Below the pieces are notes generated by a model, which had not been told where the DNA came from, searched no databases, and worked only from the letters and a program-made list of their open reading frames with translations. The position numbers were made by a program, and so were the translations under genes. A DNA stretch of 64,000 bases. It comes from Kudoa neothunni. Lineage: Eukaryota; Animalia; Cnidaria. The stretch lies in contig OZ199840.1 of NCBI GenBank assembly GCA_964304625.1, forward strand, positions 5,507,200 through 5,571,199, read 5' to 3'. Shown here piece by piece: positions 26,936-40,695 of the stretch (its first letter is position 1; each line of letters begins with the position of its first letter).

Positions 26936-27212
26936 TCACCATACACAAACCAAGTGGTGTGAACCTTATTATAAATTGAGCTCTGCTTACATAATTTAAG
27001 ATATATATATGTATCGCTGAAATATTTTATAACTATATAATATTTACATTATAGCTAAGTTCTGTAATTATATATTTCACAATTATCATTTATATTTTTA
27101 TTAAAATAAAATAATAGACTGAAACATTGCTGATTAGAACAACCCCTAATGGAATATAACATTATTTAAAGTAAGAATTCAAAAAATATAATGCTTTTAA
27201 ACGACAAAAATA

Positions 27213-29373
27213 TTAAAAATTACAACAATCACCGAAATACACACAAGTCATTTTATGATATGTAGCGTGATAGTGGTATTCCACTTCAACATTGGTTTGG
27301 AATAGGTTGGCAACAGTGAGCACGTCCGTGATATCGAGATTGCGTGGGAGAGCCAAACATATATTAGGGCAGATAGAAAAAGCTTTAGAAATCATTTCCA
27401 GGCCTCTCCCATAAAGAAGCTCATCGAATTTGTACAACAAATGTTTACTGAAATCGATACCGCCCCAAGGAGGCGCAAGAAAGATGCAATCACCATTAAG
27501 CTGTTTGGTGAGTGAGGTGAAAAAATTGCCATGTATGAATTGCATTTTTTCGTTGACACCATAAACGCGAGAATTCGACTCAGCTAATTCTAGGCGTGGT
27601 TTGTTGATATCAATACAAACAACTCGATCCAAATATCTAGCGAATTGTATGCCGTTACCGCCACAGCCCACAAAACAATCAATAATCGTTTTGAATTTTT
27701 TAGCCAGTCTTTGTGCAATGTGTTCTGCAATTACCTATTCATAACAAATAATTTATCGGATATCACACGAATTTTAAAGTCGAAAACACTATATATCTTG
27801 CATTCAAAACTGTGTTATACCTCAGGTGTCACTGAATACCAACCTTCCGAATCCAATCTAATGCCATCATCAAACTTGGAGAAAAGATCATATCTTTTAC
27901 GATAATATTTGAAATGAGGACAGCTCATAGTCCCAGGAAAGCAACGTGACCCTTTGGAGTCGCTACTCTCATTGGCATCAATATCGATCTTAGGAATTAA
28001 TATCAATAATGTGTGAAAATTAAGTTCTAATATAAAATCTATTGTTATTACATTCGCAATCTCTTGAGAAAGTGAGTTGCGTTTGTTCCTCGTTTCAATT
28101 GTGGAAAAAATTTGACTGAAATTAAATCGTTTCATCGGAAAAACCATGTCACTCAAATAACCACCAGCAAGCACAGGAACATCATATTTGGCAATTTTCT
28201 TACTTAGCTTACTGCTGTCATTAACAACTATAGGGTTGGATTGATTGTGGTCATTAGCAACGTGCTTAAAGGAGACACCCAAAAATTCCGGGCTATTGTT
28301 GTTTAATCTAAGTGGTAATTCGTCTCCATTACCTAAATATACACACCTATTAACATATCTAACTCAACGTTGAAATATTCAACTATAACAACCACAGATA
28401 AAGACCGGGAAAATGTTACATACCAATTTGAGAATGGTCACCTAAGGACTCATCAAGTAAATCGTCTTTTGAGAAGGGATTAGACAGCGAAACAGTGCTG
28501 TCGGCGTCAAGAGACATAAATGATCCGTCGTAGATGTCAAAACGAAAATCACAATTATGGGAAAGAGCGTGAGAGCCAGATTCCAACAGTAATGTCGGTT
28601 CAACGCAACAATCTCTGACTAAATCTTCCATCTAGAATAAACCAACATAAAATCATTAGACATTAGATTATATTTATCCATTTGACAGACGATACTTTTT
28701 GGTAGACACCAAAATTTGAATTGTTCTCATAAACCAGCCCGTAACATTCAATGTATTCAACCAAAAGATCTAGCTGAACGTCTTGTTGTCTGATGTGGTA
28801 ATGTGTGGGCAACCCATCTATATTCTCGCAACACAACAGTCTAGTAAAGCTCGATCCGCTGTCACAGAAAAATGGCTTTCTATTGGCTAAATAAGTAAGT
28901 ACAGTGGTCATTCTCATCAATTCTAGTAGGTATCATTTACTCTTGTGAGCCACATATCTATACATGAAGAAAAAACTACAAAGAAATTTTTTGTATTCGT
29001 TGTGTAGAAGGTCCAATCTTTTAGCACAATTGAACAGATGACCTCTCTCAGTGGTTATGGTGTGCAGATAATAGTTGTTAGCTGATTCGGTGAAGTTATT
29101 GTGATTTTGGAAATCCATAAGTCGTACAAAAACCATTGTACCGTATGTCGATTCGAATTGATAAAGACCGGGCAAGGAAGCTCTTGCCGAAACTATGTGT
29201 TCTGTGTCAGAATTCAGGTAATCGAAGTAGTCGTTAAAGTTGTCTCTCATCAGAAACTCAAGGAAAACCCTCTTCACAACATACTTCAGATAACGCTGCC
29301 AATATTCAGCAAAACAGCAACAACTCTGATGAAGAAATAAGTTTCGCTTCTCGTGGCCGAATTCATTTGCCAT
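27213..29373 (-). CDS. TGS1: Trimethylguanosine synthase (RNA cap hypermethylase), spliced
   Basis: KYYRKRYDLFSKFDDGIRLDSEGWYSVTPE|VIAEHIA..IIDCFVGCGGNGIQFA..VVCIDI..FLAPPWGG..LPRN. Upstream minus-strand ORFs 28933-29373, 28663-28920 and 28416-28631 are read as N-terminal exons (less certain). Confidence 0.92.
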
Positions 29374-30399
29374 CTCATGGATCAGCTGTTGATTTATATT
29401 CTTTTTCTAAGTAAAACTACTGTAAATCTCAACCTCATCAACACTTGCAATTATCGAAGAAGAGATAGCTAATAAACTTAAAAGTTCACAAAATAGAAAT
29501 AATTTAAATCAACCGTGTATTTACTTATTCATTTAATGAACTAGGTATTTTTGTTGAGCCTTCAAATTGATGAACTTGTTATTTTTAAATAAATCACCAA
29601 AAATCTCCTCCAAATTTATAATAATGCGCAATTTTTGAGTAAATTGAAAAAATACCGATTTTCCGCGTCTCTTTGGCATCCTAAATCAACAGACAACACA
29701 ATGAAACGACGAAATCAACCTCCCCTCGATTGGACGGTCAGAAGCAACAAATAGTCACGTGCACTGTACAAATATGAGTTATTTTGTCTGAGAAAACTGT
29801 TAAAATAACTTGGAAATATTTGTATTTGTTGTTAGTGGGTTTCATCCTGAAGTAATATTGTAAAGAAACTCTTTAAGTATACTTTTGAGTTATCTCTTTT
29901 TAACGACACCAAATTGTTGAAATCCCATGGGATGTCTGTCATGTCTCAGAAGGAAACTAATTTTTGTAGATACAATTATGTGTAGTTTAAATGATTAAAC
30001 ATCTCAGTGAAATTAATCGATTATGGATAATATTGTTAAATTATATTTAAAATTCGGGCATATAATTATGAATAATTAGACGGCGTTTTCTTATATATGG
30101 TAGGTTAACAAAATTGAGTTCGGCTCAGATAACTTTATTTAATTTATATATAAAAATAAGTGGGACTAAAGTACTCTATAATTGAAAAGCTCGCGCGGCT
30201 TCGCGTTATTGGGGCGAAAAAAATAAACTTTATTAAACAACAGAATATACGTATTTTCAATGTAAATATATTCTATTTATTGTTTCAATATACGAGGAGA
30301 GCGATTTTCTTTAAACTAGTAAGAGACGAGATAAGACCAAAATAATTCAGACACTTGTTTCTTAAAATACCTAAATTTTCTTTTAATGACATCCTAGAT

Positions 30400-31035
30400 T
30401 GCTTCTATCTTATTCTTATGGATGCCAACAGCTATTTTAAATTAGATGATGCGATTAACGGACTTTGTTTATAGACCTGCGAGCGACATGATTAGCAATA
30501 ATCTCTTCAAGAATTGACTGATTTCCTACTTCAGTCAAAACTTGGAAAATACTATTACTTTCATCAACTCCATCCACTCTCCAAACATTTTGGTTCACAA
30601 GAACTTTGGCTCTGTGATATTTTCTTTTACATATATTGGATTCATCAATCTGTACAACATCCTCTCCTCTTGTTCTCACCCTATAGAGATCGAAATACTC
30701 AACATAAATTTCCCGAATATAATTCTTCCAGTTAACGATAGTTCCGCTGGATCTGATTTCCACTTGTTTTAATAACATATCAAATCACATTTGAATATCG
30801 ATGACATCCAAATACATTAAAAAGAATATTTGTCATAGTGACAATTTAGAACATCAAAAAATGTTCCTTTACGAATCCACACTGTCTTCTTACATGTATA
30901 GCGTCTAACATTGTATCTATCGCTGACATTTTCTTTTATGAGTCCAATTTTCGAATTACACTTTCCACAAACACCCTCTTTTTCGGAAATAACTCTATAT
31001 TTTTCATTGTTATTTTTTAATGCGAAAATTCCCAA
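30400..31035 (-). pseudogene. Merlin (IS1595/ISXO2-like) DDE transposase fossil
   Basis: N-terminal Zn-ribbon CGKC..YTCKKTVWIRKGTFF, then IVNWKNYIRE..GEDVVQIDESNICKRKYHRAK..W, matching Merlin VEIDESKFGKRKYNRGR..W. Interrupted by stops and frameshifts. Confidence 0.85.
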
Positions 31036-32449
31036 ATAATATTTAATTATATGTAAAAATACTATGTTAATTTATAATTTATTCAGAAACTTCAAAGTTA
31101 TGACACTACTTGGTCGATGTGTTGAAAAATTCTTTCATTTGAATAAGATCGTCTAATGTCGAGCACAACATTCTATTTTTCCTGATGTTTTCGATAAGTT
31201 CAGAAGAGTAAATGCTCTTTCCGGAGAAGCGTTAATCCGGGTTAATTAAAATAAAGATGTATTATATTTGCCGTTGAAATGAAAACTATTTTTCCTACAA
31301 GAACAGCTCAAAAAGGCGATTATTGATAATTTAATTAATCAAACTTTGTTGTTGAACCTGCTCAACTCCTTTAATTTCAAACAATTGTAGTACTGTCTTT
31401 TGTTCGATGTTTGAATTTAGCACAACAACTATACTTAGATGAGGTTATATTTTTATGTACCACTATTCATTCATTCATTCATTCATTAAATTAAATTAAA
31501 TTAAGAAAAATTAATCAAGTAGATAATATTTAGTTGGATTTTAAATAAAATTAAAACTTTTTGGAATACAATTAATTATAGATCTTAATATATAATTTCC
31601 TGTTATAATGTAGAATAGTGGTCCTAATCTAAATCAGCGAAAACGAACAAAAAGAACCTTTTGATTATTTTATTTTTAAGTATTTATCAATTTTAGCCAA
31701 ATCCCACTTCGACCGACATCGTCTCTTCGTGTAATCTTCCTTTTAAATACAAAAACCTGCCATTTTCATTATGTGTCACATATTCTAACACATTCGTTAC
31801 ATTAAATCACTTAAATTATTTTTTAAGATAATTATTTGACCAAAAAGATAGTTTAAATGCTCATTGTAAAGATGTTACATTTTTTGATTAATTACGCGAA
31901 ATGATCCCACATTTAAATTATAATTCCAATTCTAAGATAGATCACTCTTTTTAATAAATTTAAATTAAGACGCACACGTCCGTGCCCTGGTATCAGCAAA
32001 AAATTTGTCATAGCGTGATAAGCTCAAATGCTGAATAACTACGCTGTATCGGTGTTTTAATGTAAAAAAGTTGAAATTGTTTTGTGATTTATAAGAATTA
32101 TCAAAACATAAAAATAGTTTTAAAAAATTCTAATGTACGTAAATAAAAGCGGTGTTCGAAATTTATGACTAAAGTAGGTGCCCTCGAGCCGTCATGACGC
32201 ATGCGAACAAAGCAAAGTTTTAATGTGGGCTCTTGCAATTTAGTCTCTCTTATTTATCACTATGTTTATATTTATATTCAAAAGTATATTTATAAAATAA
32301 AATTTTCTTATAGCAACCATGTAAAGATTAAATGCGATTAATCCAGCGGATCCTTGACTTTAATTTGTAGAAACAAACCATTTAGACGACGTGATGATAA
32401 TACCAATGATTTCTGCCAACAAAAATTTTAAAAAAATAAACGCAATTCA

Positions 32450-33700
32450 CACATCAAATTATATTACAATCAAGATTATTTTTTATTCTGATCATTAGGT
32501 TTGGACGATTTTAAATAAAAACATGCAAAAAAACTTTCCTAATGAATCATTATATCTTAAGGAAGTGTTGCGTAACAAATAAATTATTTTCTGTACTCAA
32601 GAGAAGTAGGACTAAGAGTTAATAATCAATATACTCAATAAAGTATAATTAAAAGTTTTTAGCATACTTATCAGTTGGATTTTACTTTGGAAAAGTTATT
32701 AATATTTTACTGGTAAAGCTCTGACACTCTTGATTCGTAAATCGTAGTTTCCAGATCTATGACCGTAGATAACATTTGATAATTTCGTTTTCTGAACTAT
32801 CTTTACATTCTTCTCACATAAATTAGAGCACTATTCATAGAAATAGTAAGTTTTTTTAATATTTTGTGGTTATTTGTAATTTTCATTCTATCATGAGATT
32901 TCGTAATGGATTCTTTATTACCCAAAATCCTATTTAGAGAGGATAGATATTTTAAGTTAAAATAACTGAGAATTTTAGTTTATCTGTTTTCCCCATTCGA
33001 TATTCTTTCATAATATGGCATTATATCCACTCTATCTTTCAAAGAACCAAACTGCCTAGTTCTCTTCATGTGCCCACGAGTCGTAAATTTAAGCTAATTC
33101 GTATATACAGCGAATAACAACAAAAACTAAGCTTTCAGTAATTTATTATAATTGTTATGCTTTTATTCGATCCATTTCAATTAGTAACAGTATTGTGTAA
33201 GTCATTAGATCATGGCAGGTGCGCTCGAGCCGTCACCTACTGTGTTATGTTTAAAAAGCATCGTAATCATGGGGCTGCTTTAGTTTCCGGAGAATCGCCC
33301 ATTATTCACATGGATGTATTATACTAATACCTGGAATTGATAGAAAATCAAAAAAATTATATTCTGACAGAGATTTTGGCCCAACAAAATAAGATAAATA
33401 ATTTCATGATTATTTAAGCTCTATAAACTCTTCATTCTTGCGTTTTGTGAGTTAAAAACAATCGAATCCTATTTGTTCTTTTCTTACGAAATCTCATTCG
33501 GCATGTAGCCATGATAATAAATTCAAAAGAAACATTATTGCTCAATGCGAATTCAAATTTTTTAGCGTTTTTACGATAGATCAAGTTGTTCTAGCATTGT
33601 TTAAGACAAAGCAAGAATTTTTTCATAGCGTTATTCCAAAATTCTCGGTTGAAAGCGGTATTTAATCAGTTTGGCTAATTTCGATAGATTATCCAAACTA
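32450..33700 (-). mobile_element. Very decayed hAT-like transposase remnant
   Basis: Minus-strand fragments resembling CxAH (~33065-33080) and RWG (~32990-33000) in the expected order. Weak. Confidence 0.3.
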
Positions 33701-34089
33701 TCTTGTGGCAACAAAATAAGCAAAAAGGTGGGAATGCTTTTGTTGCTTCTTCCTGAATAAATTAAAGCTTAATAAGAAAGAATATTTAAAAAATTAGAAA
33801 TATTGAATTTTCCCGCTTTAAAAGGACCTGTTTGGTTGGTTTATTATTGCTTTCACAAAAAAACAGCTGGTATCAGGGAATTCACTCCCTTAATCGTTCA
33901 GCACGATGACCAAGCAGTGTTGTGTTATGTTGCATTCAAATTTTCCATGAAAATTCCCCATAAGTAATTTAAGTGATGAATCTAATTGTGAAATAAAATA
34001 TTAATAACTTTCTAGTATTATTAAGTGTCCCTTTTTATCTATTTATAACAAAAAATGAGGTAGATTTGAAGTTAATCTTTAGCAAGGTC

Positions 34090-35754
34090 ATGGGTTATGG
34101 GTGGGATTCACTCAATTATGCTTCATTTTTAGAGGTCTATTTAGTAGGAACGTATTAGAGATTAATTACCCAATAACAACACTTGGTAACTAACTTAATT
34201 GTCATTGGTAGCATTTTCAATAGATCTACAAAAAAATTTATCGCGGTTCATATCAACAACAACACGGGTATTCGATAAAATATAAGAACAGCAATCAACC
34301 ACTACTTCCACCTCTAGTAAGTTGAAATCTCTTCATACAATCTACTCCACTTAGCATATGCCTATTCCACCTTTCGCTGATCTACCGAATAAGAGTTCTC
34401 TACTCTGTGATGGAAGACGAACTTATCCATGGTTTAAATCTTTATCACCATCTATATCCACTATTCGGCTAAAAAACTGTTGGAACTATTCTCCACATAA
34501 ACGCGATTGTCAATATGTTGTCGAGAGATTGTCAAGATATCCTTGGATAGAATGTGATTTGGAGTTGAACGGAGAGGAACCCCAAAATCGTCGTAAATTT
34601 TATTCTCACTGTTAATATTTAGAATCATTTATGAACCCCTTAGAAAATCTGCATGATATTCCTGAACACAATCAAAATGACTATTTAAGCATGGGTATTA
34701 GGACAGTTTTAGAGAGAAATCACGCAATTAATTATCCATCGAACAAATATGCGGCAGATATGTACAACAAAGATTATTTATCGGAACCAACTACACATTC
34801 TGCCATAAGTATCCGTAGGGGGCCTCCTACCTCACATGATAATAACCAAGAGGAAGATGACCAAGTAGATAAAAATAAAGTTGCTAATTTTTTAGATACT
34901 AGATTGGGCTATTTAGCCTCTCTAAATAGCCTAACTATTATAAAAGCAGAGTTAAACTTATACAAACTGATCACCCCCATTAACTCTTTACGTCTGAGAA
35001 ATTTGCAACTGGAAGATTGTGACCTTAAGCACATTCCACCACATATTTTTTTGTTGTTGCGAGGCTTGACGTCGCTTTCTCTGATGGGCAATAAGGAATT
35101 GACTTCTATATCACCTTTGATTTGTATGTTGAAGAATTTGACCAGCCTTAACATCGCAAACACTAATATCAAAAAACTTCCTTACTCAATCATTATGTGC
35201 GAAAAAATGAAAGTGGGCTTTATTTGGTATTATATTAATGTTTTGAGAAATATTTTAGACGTTCAATGCTGCAGATAGTTCACTTAAATATTTTCCAATA
35301 TTTTCGACCAGTTTACGAGATATAAATATATCTAAAACAGATGTATTTCCAGACGAAAATACTCCTTCATCGGACAAAAAATCGAAACTACCTTTTCCAT
35401 TACCTTCCAGACAGCTTCTGGTTCTCTCTGAAATTTTATTAGAACCTTCTGAAGAGTATTAAACTAATTTTGCCACCTTAAAAAGTAACCATTTCGTTTA
35501 GTTCAGTTTTACCCTTTATCCCGACGCAAGAACTGTCGACTGTTAACCAAGTTGAAGATTACGACCTTTGTGCGAAATGCCAAAGATTCAATATATGTAG
35601 ATCCAAGCGGATAATGACTCATTTTATTAGAGAATGCCCTCCAAAAGCTTATTCTGGTCAAGACTATTATCCCGTGTCATACTTTGTTAAATTCAAAATT
35701 CCTTACTGTTCGAATATTTGTCGAGATTCCCATAGAGTCACTTTCTCCCAGTGA
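34090..35754 (+). CDS. Leucine-rich-repeat protein with a C-terminal Cys cluster (LRRC58/63/28-like architecture), spliced
   Basis: LRRs LRNLQLEDCDLKHIPPHIFLLLRGLTSLSLMGNKELTSISPLICMLKNLTSLNIANTNIKKLP, then LPSRQLLVLS, and a last exon CAKC..C..IPYCSNIC ending at TGA 35752-35754. Start approximate. Confidence 0.8.
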
Positions 35755-35851
35755 ACCATTCGTGATTAAATTCCTCCAAGTTCTATTTGATTTATTTATT
35801 TTGTGTCACATTTTAGTTTTCAACATTTATATTTAGTTGGTTTATTTTATT

Positions 35852-35885
<34 letters not shown>

Positions 35886-36372
35886 GTTTTTTGGCTGTGA
35901 TTTGAATATTGTAATAAAAATTTGCCGTAAAAATTATATGAATGTTGGGCGTAATTCATCATCAACACATTTTAATCCCCCTTTAAGATCTTGTATTTTT
36001 TGACAGCTAGCTTATTTATATTTTTAAACTCTAAAAAGGTGTTATTTTTAAAATGTTTGTTTTAAAAAATTGAGAAAGATGGAAATATAAACATCATTTC
36101 AATGATTTTGGAGAGGAATTCACCTCAAAGCAGTTCTTTTTTCTTTCATTTTTCGTTTATTTAATAGTCTTTAGTTCTATTGTCATTTTTAAAACGATCT
36201 CTTTAATTTAAAGTATTAATAAAAGTAGTTAGTGATAGTCAATAAAATATCGATAATAAGCATTAACTCGAGTAAATTTGAGAACGAATATCAACTTCCT
36301 TCTAATCTTCATAAGGAATGCCTGTTTGGTTCTTGAGATGATTATTAGGCATAGGTTTTTCTGATATTAGCC

Positions 36373-36821
36373 GAGGACAGATAGCACATCGGCGTAACAC
36401 TCGGACTCAGAACCTCAGAACCGTGAGGTATGAGTTCGAATACGCCGGTGGTCAGACTACTGCTTCCGTGTCGGTGGGTTTCTATCCCATATCATATTTG
36501 GGAGCTGTGGTTAAAGTGTACGCTCGCTGTGAAGTGGGTGAGCGTGAATAGGAGTTTGAATCTCCGGAACCCATCGAAAGGCAAGTAATTTGCAGCCCTC
36601 ACAGTGCCAACATCCTTAAAGTGATAGGGTTTGGGTGTTGGTCGCCTGAGACGAGGATGTTTAATGGGTTAAAGTCCCACACTACCGCATAAAGAAAGAT
36701 AAGCGACGGGGTTTCATATTATGTCCTGCGGTGCCTAAAGCGTTAATGGAAGAGGTCTGACCAACCAGAATTCCACAACCTAATAAGTTGCGCCAGGGGT
36801 TTTACCTTGTAAACAAAAAAA
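36373..36821 (+). mobile_element. tRNA-derived SINE
   Basis: GC-rich island with A box TAGCACATCGG (36382) and B box GAGTTCGAATAC (36432). A second A/B-like pair follows (TGTGGTTAAAG ~36506, GAGTTTGAATCTC ~36552). The 3' end is GGGGTTTTACCTT plus an A-rich tail. Confidence 0.7.
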
Positions 36822-36972
36822 TGGATTTTTATGATTTTCTATACACTTTTTAATAAGAAGTTTTTTGGAGTTAATTAAGCTTTTTATCAAAAATATCATT
36901 TTTTGAGACTGTAAGCCTAGAGTTTATTTCATACGCCACAGACAGTAAATTGTCTTATTCGAAATTCTTCAA

Positions 36973-39682
36973 CCCTTTCATGCCAAATGTCCACCTTAGT
37001 ACCCAAAAAATTAAACATTCCATAAATATGCACATTACATTTATTTATATAATTTGTTGAAGTATTACATTTTTTAAAAGTTAAATGTTTGTTTTCAGTA
37101 ATGGCCAATTATATAAACTAAGAGATCTAGCATTTATAGTAAGCTTAATAGTAATCCTTAAATAAAATCAACAAGGAATACAAGACATTCACATTTATAC
37201 ACATGCAGCCAATTTATTCTTATAGAAAAAAAAAAATCAAACTACGAAACGTTCAAACGTGGTTTAGTGCGCTATATTTCATAAGATATATAGCAACCTA
37301 TCAAAAGATAATGACTAATCAACACATGGGTACTAGGATGGACATTTGGCATTCGTGGACCTCCAGCTTTCGAATTCATGGATCACGATTTGGTTTTTAA
37401 ATGTTCAAAAGAGAGAAACACGACAACCGAAATTGTGGCATTTCCTGATGCCGATATCTCTGATCCAGAAGAATACGTTGAAGATTTTGGAACACGGAAT
37501 CTCGAACGAAGGATGCTTGAAGTGTACACTGAAAATAATCAAGATTCAGATTGTTCTGATGAGAAAGTTGTTCCAACCTTTACCTGGAATATAAGTGAAA
37601 CCTTTGGAAACATGCCAAATAATTAGGAAACTGAAGATATTGTTTTTAATGCGGTCACCGATAGATTATATCAACTTCTTTTTCAATGAAGACCTGATTC
37701 TGTTAATTATTGAACAAACAAATTTATATTCGGTTCAGCAAAATTCTAGTTTCCGAGTTGGTAAAGATGATATAAAAAAGTTTATAGGAACGTTGATTAT
37801 CATGGGAATTATCAAAATACTGAGATATCGTTGCTATTGGTCTAAAACTCTGAATTACCTACCTGTTTCTGAGTTTATGTCGAGAATCCGCATCGAAAAT
37901 ATTTCAAAATATTTACATTTCATTGATAATTCAAAAATTATCACGAATCCGAATTTCTCAGAATATGATAAATTTGCAAAGATTCCACCGGTTTTGGATT
38001 CGATTAGAACAAATTGTTTGAAAGTTGAATGTGGATGAAAGAATTCAGCTGACAAGCAAATTATTCCATTCAAAGGTGGGTGTAAAGCGAAACAATATGC
38101 TCCGAATAAACCGACAAAATGGGGATTTAAAATGTTCGTGAGGTGTGGAGTTAAGGGGCTAGTGCATTATTTTTGTCTGATTATGCGAAAAAAGCTGATA
38201 TGGTTAAAAGTTGTGCGAGAGTTTTCCCTTGTCCAAAACTTATTTTGTCAACTTTGACAACTGGTTTACATCCATTCTCCTTCAAATTTTATTTAAAAAA
38301 AGAGCATTTATTCGATGGGAACCATTCGTAAGAATAGAGCAAAGGGATGTCCATTACAGAATGAGACTGATTTGAAAACCGATGGACGAGGAGCATTTGA
38401 GAGTGTGCACGACTCTAATAACAATAATAATAATAACAATAATAACAATAATAATAATAACAATAATAATAGTAACAATAATAATAATAACAATAATAAT
38501 AATAACAATAATAATAATAACAATAATAATAATAATAACAATAATAATAACAATAATAATAATAACAATAATAATAATAATAACAATAATAACAATAATA
38601 ATAACAATAATAATAATAACAATAATAACAATAATAATAATAACAATAATAATAATAATAACAATAATAACAATAATAATAACAATAATAATAATAATAA
38701 CAATAATAATAACAATAATAATAATAATAACAATAATAATAACAATAATAATAATAATAACAATAATAATAACAATAATAATAATAATAATAATATTTCC
38801 ATAAAGCGTTGGTTTGATGGATCTGTTGTAACTCTCTCATCTACCCATTCTTCAAAATTGACCGTTTAAAATGGCGAAAAGATTTGACCGCTCCAAAAAA
38901 TCATGATTGACATTCCGTATCCTGCAATTGTAGACGAATATAACCAAAAAATGGGAGAAGTGGATCTTTCAGATATGTTGACGTCGCTCTACATAACGAA
39001 ACATAAATGTAGGAAATATAACATGCGAATTTTCTTCTGCGCCCTCAACAACATGTATTATAAATGCGTGATTATTACACGAACGAAAATGTAAGATTCA
39101 AAAAATTCCTAAGAGAGATAGACTATACTTGATGGATTTTTCATTGAAAATAAGAGTAAGTCTTCGTTATTACCAAATAGTAAGTGCCCCCAAAAAACGT
39201 TGTAGACCGTCTCTTAATAATTCTTCGGAAAAAATTGATGATAAATCTGAAAGATCTAAAATAAGAACACATCCCCTCAGTAATCATATTCGAGTGTATA
39301 ACGTAGGGCATTTTCCTGAAATAGAGTCAATTAAATCCAGATGTAAAATATGCCAACGAGAAACTCAATTTAAATGCATTAGATGTTATTCCTTTTGTCG
39401 TATTATGAAAGAGTGAAACAGTTTGTTAAATTATCATGGTCTAAATATTTAGGGAATTTTCAAATTTTGTTTGTTTGTTTGTTTTTATGCGCAATTCAGT
39501 GCACGAAATCGTCGTTTTACCATCGATACCAAATGTCCACCTAAGTACCCAGATTGAAAACAGCTGAAATTATATGTCGAATTAGTTTTTATCACAATAA
39601 AATCATTAAATATATGATATTGAGTGTGTATAATATATTTAAAAAATTCTTGATGAAAAATAAAAATTTGATTACGAACGGG
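36973..39682 (+). mobile_element. piggyBac element, near full length, with inactive PGBD-type transposase
   Basis: Ends TCAA|CCCTTTCATG and TACGAACGGG|TTAA. Subterminal motif CCAAATGTCCACCTWAGTACCCA at 36983-37005 and 39529-39551, and inverted at 37327-37349. Transposase motifs EQTNLYS, FIGTLIIMG, KQYAPNKPTKWGFKMF, FDNWFT, GTIRKNR, RWFD, YNQKMGEVDLSD and C-terminal RCKIC..CIRC. Confidence 0.92.
38417..38794 (+). repeat. (AAT/AAC)n triplet expansion, 378 nt, in frame within the piggyBac transposase
   Basis: 126 codons (125 Asn, 1 Ser) between ..ESVHDS and ISIKRWFD. Confidence 0.95.
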
Positions 39683-40695
39683 TTAACTTTTTTAATATCC
39701 CCAATTCTATTAAAATATTTATTACGTAAATTAATTATGTAATGGTTTTGTTTTAAGATATATATTAAGACTTTTTAATCACAGACATAAGTTATAACTG
39801 GTATTAAAACAAATAATTAACAACTATGAAATCCTTCTCTGTAGTTTTTTTTAGAAATTATTAAAATTCTAACCAATTATAGACAATGATTCATAATATT
39901 TTCATTTAAAAATTTAATAAAATTTGTTGAATTATTATCCATACATGGTCAAATGTTTAATGTAAAATCCATTAAAAAATTCTGAGCGAAAAATGCTCTT
40001 ATAATAATCAAAATATTTGCACTATACAAAATATTTATTTTATTCAATTAATCATGATGCTTATTAAAATAAAGAGTTAACAAATTAGGAACTATAATAG
40101 AATGCAGACGAGTATTTGTAAGAGCAACACGCATATAAGCAATTCGGAGACTTTATTTTTACGATAACCAGATAACCAACAAGGAAAAAATCTAGTTTCG
40201 CAATAATAGGTTGTTGTAAAAGGATTAATCAATCTAATTGCATAGTCTGCAATATAAACAAATATCTCTTCGATATTTTTAGTTTTTATCAAGTAACCTA
40301 CCGAATAACTATTATTTTTATAGATTTTTTTACAAAATAAATTATAACACAAGAAAATTTTGTAATAATTACAGTAATACCAAAAAATACCCAATTATAT
40401 TTAATTATATATGATGATGATGATAAACATCCATTAATTTCAGGTTTTATTGAAATCACTCGCGGGCCCCCTTTGATTTGACCTCGGACCTCTTGGGGGT
40501 TCGTGAACCACTGATTTACTCCCACAAAAAGCACACTACTAGAATAAATTCACACAATATTGCTAGGAAAATCACCACAGATTCTAAATTGAATCTTGAA
40601 AAAACTTCATCCGAGAAAGATTCAAAATAATAATATGAATAATATAAAAGGGTCCACGATTATTAAATCATGCGCCATGCTCAATGCGCATATTA

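Noticed and set aside
36373-36450. Possible tRNA-Leu(CAG) gene
   Set aside because: Duplicated anticodon segment, poor acceptor-stem pairing and a long SINE-like body downstream.
38308-38840. Poly-Leu, poly-Ile/Thr and poly-Tyr/Cys ORFs
   Set aside because: Alternative frames and strands of the AAT/AAC expansion.
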